DNA of 64,000 bases from positions 4,560-68,559 of the forward strand of contig JADFXX010000010.1 in assembly GCA_015233335.1 (NCBI GenBank), written 5' to 3'. The notes under the pieces were generated by a model that saw only the letters and a list, made by a program, of their open reading frames with translations, made no database searches and was not told the origin of the DNA. The translations under genes were made by a program, and so were the position numbers. This DNA comes from Candidatus Omnitrophota bacterium. GTDB lineage: Bacteria > Omnitrophota > Gorgyraeia > Zapsychrales > Fredricksoniimonadaceae. Of the stretch, positions 29,508 to 40,007 are shown piece after piece; position 1 is the first letter of the stretch; every line of letters begins with the position of its first letter.

Positions 29508-30974
29508 ATGCGTTTGTCTAATTTGATTGATGGTGTATATACGAAACCTTTATCTGCTTCCTGGGGTGACTTTGATGTTTTGAATGTTTCCTGTGATTCA
29601 CGCCAGACACAGCAGCATGGGTTGTTTGTGGCATTGCCGGGGACAAATTTTGACGGACAGGATTTTATTAAGGATGCGATCGCTCAAGGGGCTCGAATCA
29701 TAGCCAAACAAGGGGCGGGAAGGATTTTGAGGAATACGATCATTGCCGAGGATGTGTGTGTATTGGATGTCGATGATCCTAAATATTTTTTACGCTCTAT
29801 CGGGAGCCGTTTCTATAATTATCCGTCAAATCAGATCAAAAGCATAGGTGTCACTGGCACGAACGGCAAAACGACCGTTACCTATCTGATCGAATCGATT
29901 ATTCAAGCGGCCGGCAGGAGTTGCGGGGTGATAGGGACGATTAACTACCGCATTAATGATCAAATTCTTCCGTCAAAAAATACCACCCCCGGATTCTTGG
30001 ATAATCAGTCTTATCTGGCGCAATTGGTCCGATTAGGTGTTGATTATTGTGTGATGGAGGTCTCTTCCCATGCCTTGGATCAGGGACGTCTTGACGGCAT
30101 TGATTTTTCAGCAGGGATTTTTACGAATTTGACCCAGGACCATTTAGATTACCATAAAACCATGGAATGTTATTTTGAAGCGAAGTCCTTACTGTTTAAA
30201 AGTCTTGACCCCAAGTCCGTTGCGGTCATTAATGGGGATGATGTTTATGGCGCTCGATTAGTGCCGATCAGCCGGTGTTCAAAGATCACCTATGCCATTG
30301 ATCACCCGGCGCAAGTACATGCGCAAAACATAAGCTATCAAACCGACGGCAGCGATTGTGATATTGTTTTTTCTTCGGGTAAAATAAGGATCCATACCCG
30401 TTTTATTGGTAAACATAATATTTATAATATTTTAGCAGCATTTTCATGGGGAATATCTCAATCGATTAGTCCCGAAATTATACGTCAGGGTATAGAGCAA
30501 TTGCATCATGTGCCGGGACGGCTTGAGCCTGTTGATAACAAGAAAGGTTTTTTTATTTTTATCGATTATGCTCACACGGATGACGGACTGCTTAATGTGT
30601 TGAAATCTTTGAGGGCTATCAGTTTCCAGAGAATCATTTTAGTTTTCGGATGTGGGGGAGACCGTGACCGCAGCAAACGTCCTAAAATGGCGCATGCGGC
30701 CTGCAGTTGGGCGGATTATTCGATTGTCACCAGTGATAACCCTCGTAGCGAAGACCCGCAGGCTATTATAGACGAAATTGTTGCTGGTTTTACAAAAGAT
30801 AATTATGAAGTCTGCGTTGACCGCAGGGAAGCGATCGGCCGGGCACTTGCGCTAGCCCAAAAGAATCAAATCGTCCTGATCGCCGGTAAAGGTCATGAAG
30901 ATTATCAGATTTTTAAGGACCATACGATTGCATTTAACGAGCGTAGAATTATAGAAGAGTTTTTACAGGATTAA
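29508..30974 (+). CDS. murE: UDP-MurNAc-L-Ala-D-Glu:meso-diaminopimelate ligase
   Basis: Mur ligase P-loop GVTGTNGKTT. The DNPR motif (TSDNPRSEDP) indicates meso-DAP specificity. Confidence 0.95.
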   Translation: MRLSNLIDGVYTKPLSASWGDFDVLNVSCDSRQTQQHGLFVALPGTNFDGQDFIKDAIAQGARIIAKQGAGRILRNTIIAEDVCVLDVDDPKYFLRSIGSRFYNYPSNQIKSIGVTGTNGKTTVTYLIESIIQAAGRSCGVIGTINYRINDQILPSKNTTPGFLDNQSYLAQLVRLGVDYCVMEVSSHALDQGRLDGIDFSAGIFTNLTQDHLDYHKTMECYFEAKSLLFKSLDPKSVAVINGDDVYGARLVPISRCSKITYAIDHPAQVHAQNISYQTDGSDCDIVFSSGKIRIHTRFIGKHNIYNILAAFSWGISQSISPEIIRQGIEQLHHVPGRLEPVDNKKGFFIFIDYAHTDDGLLNVLKSLRAISFQRIILVFGCGGDRDRSKRPKMAHAACSWADYSIVTSDNPRSEDPQAIIDEIVAGFTKDNYEVCVDRREAIGRALALAQKNQIVLIAGKGHEDYQIFKDHTIAFNERRIIEEFLQD

Positions 30975-30975
30975 C

Positions 30976-32352
30976 ATGTTGACTATTAGCGAAATCATTG
31001 AAGCCACAAAGGGAACGCTCTTGCAGGGGCCAAAGAAGGGACAGGTGTGTTCTGTTGGCATTGATTCACGTAAGATCAACAAAGGAGAATTGTTTATCGC
31101 AGTACGGGGCGATGTTTTTGACGGGCATGATTTTATTAATGATGTTATTGCGCGGGGCGTTCGCGTCGTCGTTCTTCATAAACCTTTTATTATCAATAAC
31201 CCCAAGATCAGCGTTATCTTGGTTAAGGATACGATACTCGCCTTGGGGGATATTGCCCGTTTTCATCGTTTGCGTTTTAAAATTCCGGTGATTGCTTTGA
31301 CCGGTTCTGCGGGCAAAACCACCACCAAAGAAATGATCGCGGCCGTGTTAAGTCAAAAATATAATGTTTTAAAGAATGAAGGCACCCAAAACAATCATAT
31401 CGGCGTCCCATTGACTTTGCTCAAATTAAAACCCATTCACGAAATAGTTGTTTTGGAATGCGGTACTAATCAGCCGGGTGATATGATTTGGTTAGCTGAT
31501 GTGGCGCGTCCTAATGTTGCGGTTTTGACCAATATTGGTGAATCGCATTTGGAAAAATTAAAGACCATCAGGGGAGTGTTAAAAGAAAAATGGACATTAA
31601 CTTCTTTTATGGGGCGCCAAGATAGCGTGTTGGTCAATAATGATGATCCTCTTTTATCAGGGCAAATCCAGCAAAAGAACCGTTTCAAAGTCATCACTTG
31701 CGGGACTAAGGCGCCGGTAACCTGGCAAGCATCCGCATCTGGGGTCCATGCAGGCCGTTATCTGCGCTTTAGGGTGGGAAGAAAAACTGTTGAATTGAAT
31801 TCCTGTGGGGTCAATAATGTTTATAATGCTTTGAGTGCCTTTGTCTGCGGTAAATTTTTTAAAGTGCCAGTCAAAAATATTGTCCGAGCGCTTAAGAACT
31901 TCGAATTTCCTAAGGGGAGAGGTAAGATTGTCCCTTTAGGCAAAGGGTGGCTTGTTGATGACACTTATAATGCTAACCCTGTATCCATGAGATCAGCTTT
32001 ACAGACTCTGCGGGCCATTCAAACCCAGGGCCAAAGGATTTTCATTGCGGCCAATATGCTGGAATTGGGAAGCAGAGCTCAAGCGTTGCACCGTCAGGTG
32101 GGTGTGGAACTATCCCGTGGGGGCATTGATGTTTTGATTACGGTAGGCCATTTAGCCAGATTGATGGCACAAGAAGTTAAGGCCCGCAATAAAAAGATTA
32201 AGGTATGCGCTTGCCCGGATGTTGAATCTGCGCAAAAATATTTAACAAGGATTTTTCATAATGGGGATGCGGTTTTGATTAAAGGTTCCCGACGTATGAA
32301 AATGGAACAAATGGTTGAATTTTTATTGTCAACGCCTAGAGGAGGGATTTAG
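30976..32352 (+). CDS. murF: UDP-MurNAc-tripeptide:D-Ala-D-Ala ligase
   Basis: ALTGSAGKTTTKEM P-loop and DDTYNANP motif; position follows murE. Confidence 0.95.
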   Translation: MLTISEIIEATKGTLLQGPKKGQVCSVGIDSRKINKGELFIAVRGDVFDGHDFINDVIARGVRVVVLHKPFIINNPKISVILVKDTILALGDIARFHRLRFKIPVIALTGSAGKTTTKEMIAAVLSQKYNVLKNEGTQNNHIGVPLTLLKLKPIHEIVVLECGTNQPGDMIWLADVARPNVAVLTNIGESHLEKLKTIRGVLKEKWTLTSFMGRQDSVLVNNDDPLLSGQIQQKNRFKVITCGTKAPVTWQASASGVHAGRYLRFRVGRKTVELNSCGVNNVYNALSAFVCGKFFKVPVKNIVRALKNFEFPKGRGKIVPLGKGWLVDDTYNANPVSMRSALQTLRAIQTQGQRIFIAANMLELGSRAQALHRQVGVELSRGGIDVLITVGHLARLMAQEVKARNKKIKVCACPDVESAQKYLTRIFHNGDAVLIKGSRRMKMEQMVEFLLSTPRGGI

Positions 32353-32358
32353 GTCTTT

Positions 32359-33447
32359 ATGTTTTATTTTTTATCGCAATGGGCTCCCCATTTTTCCTAT
32401 TTTAATATTTTTCGCTATATTACCTTTCGCGCCGGCATGGCCACGGTTACGGCTTTCTTTTTGTGCATGATATTCGGCCCTTTATTTATCAATTTGTCCA
32501 AAGCGCGTCATATTCGTGAGTCCGCCTTACGTCCCGATGCTCCGAAACTAGACCAGTTCCAGGTGAAAAAAGAAGGGACTCCCACGATGGGCGGAGTTTT
32601 TATTGTCGGGAGTATCTTGGTTTCCGTGGTCTTATGGGGGAATTGGAGCAATATGTTTATTATTATGACCTTCTGGGTCTGTCTGGCTTTGGCGTTGGTG
32701 GGGGGCTGGGATGATTATGTGAAATTAAAAGGCATCGGCCCGCATCGTGGTATTTCTGCCCGAGTTAAATCCTTTTGGCAGGTTCTGATAGCTTTTGTTG
32801 TAGGAGTTTTTGTTTATTTATATCCGGATATCACAACCAACTTGGATGTTCCATTTTTTAAGAATTTGATCATTAATTTGGGCCCATTTTTTGTGTTCTG
32901 GGTGGTATTAGTGGTGGTTGGTTCCTGTAACGCGGTTAATCTGACCGATGGTCTTGACGGCTTGGCCATTGGTACAACCTTGATGGTGGCTTTTACTCTG
33001 GGGGCTTTAAGTTATGTAACAGGCAACGTGCATATGAGTGAGTATTTATTTATTCCGTATGTGCCGCAATCAGGGGAGCTGACCGTGTTTTGTTCCGCCA
33101 TCGTCGGGGCAAGTCTGGGGTTTTTATGGTTTAACTGTTATCCAGCCACTGTTTTTATGGGAGATGTGGGATCCTTGGCCTTGGGGGGAAGTTTGGGAAT
33201 GATCGCTGTTCTTATCAAAAAAGAATTATGGCTAGTTGTTTTAGGTGGGGTGTTTGTCATTGAAGCAGGGTCAGTGATCCTGCAGGTTTTTTCTTATAAA
33301 ATTACCGGCAAGCGTATTTTTAAAATGTCGCCTTTCCATCATCATTTACAATTATCAGGCTGGAATGAGAATAAGATCATCGTCCGTTTTTGGATTTTGG
33401 CCATCATATTGGCGATGCTGACATTAACCACTTTGAAAATCCGCTAA
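32359..33447 (+). CDS. mraY: Phospho-MurNAc-pentapeptide translocase
   Basis: Polytopic membrane protein with NAVNLTDGLDGLA and PFHHHL motifs. Confidence 0.95.
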   Translation: MFYFLSQWAPHFSYFNIFRYITFRAGMATVTAFFLCMIFGPLFINLSKARHIRESALRPDAPKLDQFQVKKEGTPTMGGVFIVGSILVSVVLWGNWSNMFIIMTFWVCLALALVGGWDDYVKLKGIGPHRGISARVKSFWQVLIAFVVGVFVYLYPDITTNLDVPFFKNLIINLGPFFVFWVVLVVVGSCNAVNLTDGLDGLAIGTTLMVAFTLGALSYVTGNVHMSEYLFIPYVPQSGELTVFCSAIVGASLGFLWFNCYPATVFMGDVGSLALGGSLGMIAVLIKKELWLVVLGGVFVIEAGSVILQVFSYKITGKRIFKMSPFHHHLQLSGWNENKIIVRFWILAIILAMLTLTTLKIR

Positions 33448-33454
33448 GTTTATT

Positions 33455-34720
33455 ATGTCATTTGATATATCAGCTAAGAAAGTTACTATCATTGGTGCGG
33501 CCCGTAGCGGGATTGCGGTGGCTAACGCCGTTTTGCGCCTTGGTGGTTTCCCAAGAATTTCAGAGACAAAACCGTTTGACCAGCTTAATGCCCAACTCAT
33601 AGAACTGTCTGATCCCAAGCGTGTGACGATCGAAGCTGGGGGGCATTCGCAAGCGTTTATTCAAGACAGTGATTATGTGGTCTTAAGTCCGGGTGTGCGT
33701 TTGGATGTTCCACCGGTGCAGTGGGCCCGAGACAGGGGCATTGAAGTTATGGGAGAGGTTGAGTTCGCTTTTCGTTTATGTCCCTGCCCTGTGGTTGCCA
33801 TAACCGGCAGCAACGGAAAAACTACGACTTCAACCGTCATCGCCCAAATACTCAAGGCTGCCGGTCATCCGGTATGTTTATGCGGAAATATCGGGAGCCC
33901 TTTCTCAAAACATGTGCTGGAATTGACGGCGTCTGATACGGTAGTTTTGGAAATCAGTTCATTTCAGCTGGAGAGCACCGTTCATTTCAAGCCGCATGTT
34001 GCGGTTTGGACGAATTTTAGTCAGAACCACTTGGATCAGCATAAGGATTTGGAAGAGTATTTTCAGGCAAAATGTAAGATTTTTGCAAATCAGGACAACC
34101 ATGACTTCGCTGTGCTTAATTATACGCAGTCCGAACATCGTCGGTTAGCCCAACATCTGAAAGCTCAGGTGCGATTGTTTAACGCCCCGGAAAATTTTGC
34201 GGGTATCGATAATCCGAATTATTTGGCAGCGATCGAAACAGCGCATACATTGGGCATTAGTGATGAAATTTGTTTAAAGGTTTTTTCAGAATTTAAGGGA
34301 GTGGAGCATCGTCTGGAATTCGTACGTAATTTAGGGGGAGTCGATTTTATTAATGATTCTAAATCAACAACGGTGGAAGCCAGCCGGTGGGCCTTGGAAC
34401 GTGCCGATCGGCCGGTCATTATGATCTGCGGAGGAAGAGACAAGATTTTAGATTATCCGCCTTTAAAACCATTAGTGGCAAAAAAAGTTAAACATATGAT
34501 CGCGATCGGCGAGATGCGTGAGATCATGAAGGCAACCTTCTGTGATGTTGTAACAGTGGACACCTTCACCTCTTTTGAAGAGGCAATCAAGGCCGCGCGC
34601 AGGATAGCCCAGCCGGGTGAATGCGTCCTGCTTTCCCCGATGGGTGCGAGTTTTGATATGTTTGATGATTACGAACATCGGGGACGTTGTTTCAAAGAAA
34701 TCGTCAACAGGTTGACATAA
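33455..34720 (+). CDS. murD: UDP-MurNAc-L-Ala:D-Glu ligase
   Basis: ITGSNGKTTT P-loop and NDSKSTT motif; position follows mraY. Confidence 0.95.
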   Translation: MSFDISAKKVTIIGAARSGIAVANAVLRLGGFPRISETKPFDQLNAQLIELSDPKRVTIEAGGHSQAFIQDSDYVVLSPGVRLDVPPVQWARDRGIEVMGEVEFAFRLCPCPVVAITGSNGKTTTSTVIAQILKAAGHPVCLCGNIGSPFSKHVLELTASDTVVLEISSFQLESTVHFKPHVAVWTNFSQNHLDQHKDLEEYFQAKCKIFANQDNHDFAVLNYTQSEHRRLAQHLKAQVRLFNAPENFAGIDNPNYLAAIETAHTLGISDEICLKVFSEFKGVEHRLEFVRNLGGVDFINDSKSTTVEASRWALERADRPVIMICGGRDKILDYPPLKPLVAKKVKHMIAIGEMREIMKATFCDVVTVDTFTSFEEAIKAARRIAQPGECVLLSPMGASFDMFDDYEHRGRCFKEIVNRLT

Positions 34721-34721
34721 T

Positions 34722-35810
34722 ATGCGCGAAGGACGGGTTTCCTTAACGATGACTGTTTTGACCTTGATCTGTGTGGGCATTGTTATGATTTACTCTGCCA
34801 GCTGTGTCAATGCCATGCAGACTTATGGGGATAGCTTGTATTATTTAAAACGTCATGTGCTATTTCTGGTATTAGGTCTGGTGGCCTCTTTTTTTGTTTT
34901 ACGTATTGACTACCGCCATATCCAGCCGCATGCACGTCTGCTTTTGTTGATCAGTGTTGTACTGTTGGCTCTGGTTCTTATCCCTCATATTGGTCGTGAA
35001 AGCTACGGGGCCCGAAGGTGGTTTAAGATAGGGGTTTTTCATTTTCAGCCCTCTGAGCTGGCCAAGCTTGCGATGATTATTTACACCGCAGATTTTTTAG
35101 ATCGAAAACAACAGATCATTAAGGGTTTTAAGAACGGCTTTCTGCCGCCGCTTCTAGTGATGGGCTTGGTCTGTGTTCTGACCGTTAAACAGCCGGATTT
35201 GGGGACGACTGTTGAAATCGCAGCCGTGACATTGACCATGTTGTTTTTGGCAGGTGCAAGGATTTGGCATCTGGCCCTTATATTTTGTTCGGCGGTACCC
35301 TTAGTGGCCTATCTGATCATTAAGGAGCCCTATCGTGTTGCACGTATCATTGCTTTTTTAGACCCCTGGCAGGACAGTCAGGGGATTGGCTTTCAATTGA
35401 CCCAGTCACAGATCGCTTTAGGTTCAGGCGGTATCTTTGGCGTCGGTCTGGGGCATAGCCAGCAAAAACTTTTTTATTTACCGGCGGCGCATACGGATTT
35501 TATTCTATCGATCATTGGTGAAGAGTTGGGTTTGGTCGGCACTCTTTCCGTTATTTTGCTTTTTGTGCTTTTTATCTGGCAGGGGACTAGGATTGTCCGT
35601 CAGACTAACCATGCCTTTGGTTATTTTTTAGGTATGGGTATTGTAATGATGCTGGGGCTTCAGGCAGTGGTCAATGTGGGAGTGAGCATAGGGGCTTTCC
35701 CTACCAAAGGCCTTCCTCTTCCGTTTATCAGTTACGGCGGTTCAGCTTTAATTTTTCATTTAATTGCTATTGCTTTGATATTGAACATATCTAAAACTCA
35801 GGATTATTGA
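34722..35810 (+). CDS. ftsW: SEDS-family peptidoglycan glycosyltransferase FtsW
   Basis: Membrane protein of about 10 TM helices with QPSELAKL, PAAHTDFI and LPLPFISYGGSA motifs; dcw context. Confidence 0.9.
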   Translation: MREGRVSLTMTVLTLICVGIVMIYSASCVNAMQTYGDSLYYLKRHVLFLVLGLVASFFVLRIDYRHIQPHARLLLLISVVLLALVLIPHIGRESYGARRWFKIGVFHFQPSELAKLAMIIYTADFLDRKQQIIKGFKNGFLPPLLVMGLVCVLTVKQPDLGTTVEIAAVTLTMLFLAGARIWHLALIFCSAVPLVAYLIIKEPYRVARIIAFLDPWQDSQGIGFQLTQSQIALGSGGIFGVGLGHSQQKLFYLPAAHTDFILSIIGEELGLVGTLSVILLFVLFIWQGTRIVRQTNHAFGYFLGMGIVMMLGLQAVVNVGVSIGAFPTKGLPLPFISYGGSALIFHLIAIALILNISKTQDY

Positions 35811-36874
35811 TGAATGTACTAATCGCCACAGGAGGGTCGGGCGGACACATTTTTCCTGCCATTGAAACCGCCAAAGCATTGAAGACCAGGGGGCATACGG
35901 TCACTTTTGCGGGAGTTTTGGGACTGGGTGAGGAAAAGATTAAAGCTTTGGGGTACCCTTTGTATTCCCTCGTAGCCCGCGGTCTTAATGACCGGTCGTT
36001 TAAAGGCTGGCTCAGTTTTGGAATAATAATGTTTAAGGCAGTATTCCATGCATTTGATGTTATCAAAAAGAGTTCACCGGATATCATCATCGGTTTCGGC
36101 GGGTATGGGGCATTCCCTGTTGTTATGGCCGGGGTTTTAATGCGACTTCCGACGATGATTCATGAACAGAATGTTGTTCCGGGCCGGGCCAATGTTTTGC
36201 TTTCGAAGATAGTCAAAAAAGTGGCGATCAGTTTTGAAGGCAGCCGTAAATATTTTAATCGGGCTAAAACGGTATGGACCGGGTGTCCTTGTCAGCACAA
36301 CGTAGGGACAAGCCAAAGTGAGGCGCTGGCGGTATTTGGTTTAGCTGAGGGTAAAAAGACTCTGTTGCTTTTAGGTGGCAGCCAAGGCGCTGTAAAGTTA
36401 AATGAAATATTCTTTAAACTAATGCAGGGGCTTTCCCTTATCAATTTTCAAGCCATTCATATGACGGGTAAAAAAGATTATTCCTTTTATGAAAAGAGTT
36501 ATTCCGAAACTAATTTACCGGTTAAGGTGTATGCATTTATTAATGATATGAGCCAGGCCTATGCCGCGGCAGACATTGTTATTACCCGTGCGGGTGCGGC
36601 GACTATCAGCGAATTGGGGATTTTAGGGCTACCTGCCATTTTAATCCCCTATCCCTTTGCCGGTAACCACCAAAAACACAACGCGGATGTTTTAGGGGCC
36701 TGCGGTGCGGGGATCGTTATTGAACAGAAAGATTTGACCGATCGTTCACTTAAAAAAGCCGTGGATCGTATTTTGAATGGCGACTTTTTGAGAGAGAATT
36801 TACGGATGAGAGCAAACGGGTTATTCCAAAAGGACGCGGCACTTCAATTGGCTTTAGTCGCGGAAGGTTTATGA
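35807..36874 (+). CDS. murG: UDP-GlcNAc:lipid I GlcNAc transferase
   Basis: TGGSGGHIFPA N-terminus and a GT28 C-terminal domain (ITRAGAATISEL). Confidence 0.95.
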   Translation: MMNVLIATGGSGGHIFPAIETAKALKTRGHTVTFAGVLGLGEEKIKALGYPLYSLVARGLNDRSFKGWLSFGIIMFKAVFHAFDVIKKSSPDIIIGFGGYGAFPVVMAGVLMRLPTMIHEQNVVPGRANVLLSKIVKKVAISFEGSRKYFNRAKTVWTGCPCQHNVGTSQSEALAVFGLAEGKKTLLLLGGSQGAVKLNEIFFKLMQGLSLINFQAIHMTGKKDYSFYEKSYSETNLPVKVYAFINDMSQAYAAADIVITRAGAATISELGILGLPAILIPYPFAGNHQKHNADVLGACGAGIVIEQKDLTDRSLKKAVDRILNGDFLRENLRMRANGLFQKDAALQLALVAEGL

Positions 36875-37668
36875 AAAAGATCGTTATGGCTGTCCCATCT
36901 TTGCTATGTGGGGGATTGTTATTGGCCCACCCTTCTTTTGCGGCAGTCGTTGATAAGTCCTGGCAGCAACTGAAGGGAGAGGATTTTATTGTTTATTATC
37001 GGGCTGATGTTCCGGATGATTTTGTAAGAACCACTATGGATTGCGCAGAGAATGAACTTAGGAGGGTTGTGGATAATTTGGGGATTGTTCATTATGAAAA
37101 TTGGTCTTTAGATCACAGGGCTTCTATTTATATTTACAGCGACCAGGGAGATTTTGTAAAAAATGGCCGGCAGGCCCTCTGGTCGCACGGGACGGCTTTT
37201 GCCCGTTCTAAAATGATCAAAACCTTTCCAGAAGCCGAAGGATTCTTTGATGCTATTCTGCCCCATGAGTTGGGGCATATCATTTTTAGAGAGTTTGTAG
37301 GTTTTTCAACAGAAATCCCTTTATGGTTTGAAGAAGGGATGGCCATGAACCAGGAAAAAGCTAAACGATGGGGGGCTAATAGGACCGTTAAAGAAGCGAT
37401 TAAAAATGGCTCATTTATTCCTTTATCTAAACTGTCACATATGCGATTATATATGAATTCTAAACAGGAGCTGGTGGGGTTGTTTTATGCTGAATCTGCC
37501 AGCATTGTGTATTTCATGATCACAGAGTTGGGTGAGCAGCAATTTTTTATGTTTTGCCGTGAACTTAAGAATAATATGCCTTTTGATGTGGCGTTGAAGA
37601 AAGTTTATTCAAGGTTTAAGAATTTAGATGAATTAAATCAATTTTGGGTAGACTACTTGGAAGGATAA
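36871..37668 (+). CDS. Secreted HExxH metallopeptidase-like protein embedded in the dcw cluster
   Basis: Signal peptide ending SFAAV. LPHELGHIIFREF zinc-binding motif with a downstream glutamate (WFEEGMA). ATGA overlap with murG, and its stop codon abuts the murC ATG. Confidence 0.6.
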   Translation: MKKIVMAVPSLLCGGLLLAHPSFAAVVDKSWQQLKGEDFIVYYRADVPDDFVRTTMDCAENELRRVVDNLGIVHYENWSLDHRASIYIYSDQGDFVKNGRQALWSHGTAFARSKMIKTFPEAEGFFDAILPHELGHIIFREFVGFSTEIPLWFEEGMAMNQEKAKRWGANRTVKEAIKNGSFIPLSKLSHMRLYMNSKQELVGLFYAESASIVYFMITELGEQQFFMFCRELKNNMPFDVALKKVYSRFKNLDELNQFWVDYLEG

Positions 37669-39060
37669 ATGATGGGCAAACATTATCATTTAATTGGTAT
37701 CGGTGGGATCGGTATGGGGACTTTGGCGTCATTACTTGTGGCTAAAGGTCATACGGTCAGCGGTTCTGATTTGAAAGAGAATGAATTAACTATGGGGCTT
37801 CGCAAAAAAGGGGCTAAGATCACCATAGGCCACCATACAAGCAATGTTAACGGTGCGGATTATGTGGTTTATTCATCAGCTATCCGTGTTAATAATTCTG
37901 AACTCATCGAAGCCGTCAGCCAGAACATTGCCTTGTTGCGCCGAGCCCAGGTACTGGCTCAGCTGGTTAACGAGGAAATCGGGATTACCATCGCCGGAGC
38001 ACACGGGAAGACGACGACAACTTCGATGGTTTCAAGCCTTTTGATTAATGCGGATTTAAGTCCCACAACCGCGATTGGAGGGATTATCAATGGCGGGACT
38101 TATAACGCTAATTTGGGAGAGGGAAAATATTTCGTAGCAGAAGTTGATGAGAGCGACGGGACGTTTCTGTATTTTAATCCGCACTATTCGATCATTACCA
38201 ATATGGACTTTGAACACGTGGATTTTTATAAGAATTGGGAAGGAATTAGGAATGCTTATTCTAAATTCATCCAATGTACGGCCAAGGAGGGACGGGTGTT
38301 GGTCTGCGGGGAAGACCGGCAATTGCTCCAACTAGTCGAGCAGCAAAATGTATCTTTTATCAGTTACGGCCTAAGTGACCAGCAGGATGTGTATGCCACC
38401 GGCATTGTGACTGAAGGGTTTCATTCTTCTTTTACCTGTCACACTCAGCGGGGCAAATTGGGAGATTTTGAACTACGAGTCCCCGGGAGGCATAACATTT
38501 TAAATGCCCTGGCATGTATTACCTTGGGGCTCGAGTTGGGTATTTCTTATGAAGTGATGCATAAGACGCTTATCAATTTTACCGGGGTCAAACGCCGTTT
38601 TCAATTGAAGGGCCGTGTGGATGATGTGACGGTGGTAGATGATTACGGCCATCATCCTGCTGAAATTGAGGCAACACTCAAGGCCGCCCGCTTATTTACA
38701 CCTAAGCGCCTGATCACCGTATTTCAACCTCACAGGTATTCTAGGACTAAATTTTTGTTGAACGAATTGGCCGAAAGTCTGAAAATCAGCGATCAACTGG
38801 TATTGACGGATATTTATTCGGCAGGTGAGAAGATGTCTGAAGGGGTGGGCATCAGAGTGTTATTTGAAAAAGTGCAGAAAATTCTTGGGAGCTCCAAAGT
38901 TGTTTTTATGAAAAAGGAAGATATTCTAAAATATGTACAGGCCTTGGTGGCCCCAGGAGATATGGTGATTTTTTTGGGGGCAGGGGACATTTATCATCTT
39001 TCAGATGAACTGGTCAAGATTTTAGAAGAAAAATCAATTACAATGGTCAAGAGCGTATGA
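37669..39060 (+). CDS. murC: UDP-MurNAc:L-alanine ligase
   Basis: HLIGIGGIGM Rossmann N-terminus, GAHGKTTTTSM P-loop and DDYGHHP motif. Confidence 0.95.
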   Translation: MMGKHYHLIGIGGIGMGTLASLLVAKGHTVSGSDLKENELTMGLRKKGAKITIGHHTSNVNGADYVVYSSAIRVNNSELIEAVSQNIALLRRAQVLAQLVNEEIGITIAGAHGKTTTTSMVSSLLINADLSPTTAIGGIINGGTYNANLGEGKYFVAEVDESDGTFLYFNPHYSIITNMDFEHVDFYKNWEGIRNAYSKFIQCTAKEGRVLVCGEDRQLLQLVEQQNVSFISYGLSDQQDVYATGIVTEGFHSSFTCHTQRGKLGDFELRVPGRHNILNALACITLGLELGISYEVMHKTLINFTGVKRRFQLKGRVDDVTVVDDYGHHPAEIEATLKAARLFTPKRLITVFQPHRYSRTKFLLNELAESLKISDQLVLTDIYSAGEKMSEGVGIRVLFEKVQKILGSSKVVFMKKEDILKYVQALVAPGDMVIFLGAGDIYHLSDELVKILEEKSITMVKSV

Positions 39061-40007
39061 GCCAGCAAAATTTTGGAACCATAGGTGTCCTCATGGGAGG
39101 GTATTCTTCCGAGAGGGAGATTTCCCTGCGATCCGGTCAGGCAGTGGCGGAGGCCTTATCTCAAGAGGGACATCGGGTCAAACTTTTGGACATTACGACT
39201 GATGATGCATCTAAAATAATCCGACAAATCCAAGAGACACCGTTGGACGTTGCTTTTATAGCTTTGCATGGCCGTCTGGGGGAAGATGGTGTTATCCAGG
39301 GCATATTAGAAAACCTTGATATCCCTTATATCGGTTCGGGAATCAAGGCTAGCCAAATGGCATTTAATAAAATCTTGACTCAAAAAGCTATTAAAGCCGC
39401 AGGGTTGCCGCTGGCAGAGCATTATTTGATTACTAACGGTAAAAACGTGGATTTTAAGACAGTGTGGGGTTGTTTAAAATCAACACCGGTCGTGGTTAAG
39501 CCCGCATGCGAAGGTTCGAGCATCGGAGTGCATATTGTGCGTCACCCCTCCGAGTGGGAAGGAGCCCTAAAAAATGCTTTAAGTTATGGGCCGCAGGTGA
39601 TCATTGAACAATTTATCCGCGGTCGGGAGTTCGCTGCCGGAATTTTTGACCGGGAGGCTTTGCCGTTGGTCGAAATTTGTACTCAGGCAAATTTCTTTAC
39701 CTTTTGGGCGAAGTATCAAAAAGGGTTGACCCAATACATTTGTCCCCCAGAAATTCCCGAGAACCTAACGAAAAGAATACAGGATATTTCGTTGCGTGCG
39801 TATGAAGTTCTTGGTTGCGAAGGATTTGCCCGCTTGGATATTCGCGTCGATGAAGAAATGAATCCTTTTATTTTGGAAGTCAATACTATCCCCGGCTTTA
39901 CCGAAACAAGCCTTTTCCCTAAAGCCGCCCGTGCGGCAGGGTATACCTTTGTTGGGGTTTGTGAAAAACTTTTAAGCTTGGCTTATGGCAAAAAAATCCG
40001 GCGTTAA
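39057..40007 (+). CDS. ddl: D-alanine--D-alanine ligase
   Basis: GGYSSEREISLRSG N-terminus and an ATP-grasp domain (VVVKPACEGSSIGV, LEVNTIPGFT). Confidence 0.95.
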   Translation: MSQQNFGTIGVLMGGYSSEREISLRSGQAVAEALSQEGHRVKLLDITTDDASKIIRQIQETPLDVAFIALHGRLGEDGVIQGILENLDIPYIGSGIKASQMAFNKILTQKAIKAAGLPLAEHYLITNGKNVDFKTVWGCLKSTPVVVKPACEGSSIGVHIVRHPSEWEGALKNALSYGPQVIIEQFIRGREFAAGIFDREALPLVEICTQANFFTFWAKYQKGLTQYICPPEIPENLTKRIQDISLRAYEVLGCEGFARLDIRVDEEMNPFILEVNTIPGFTETSLFPKAARAAGYTFVGVCEKLLSLAYGKKIRR

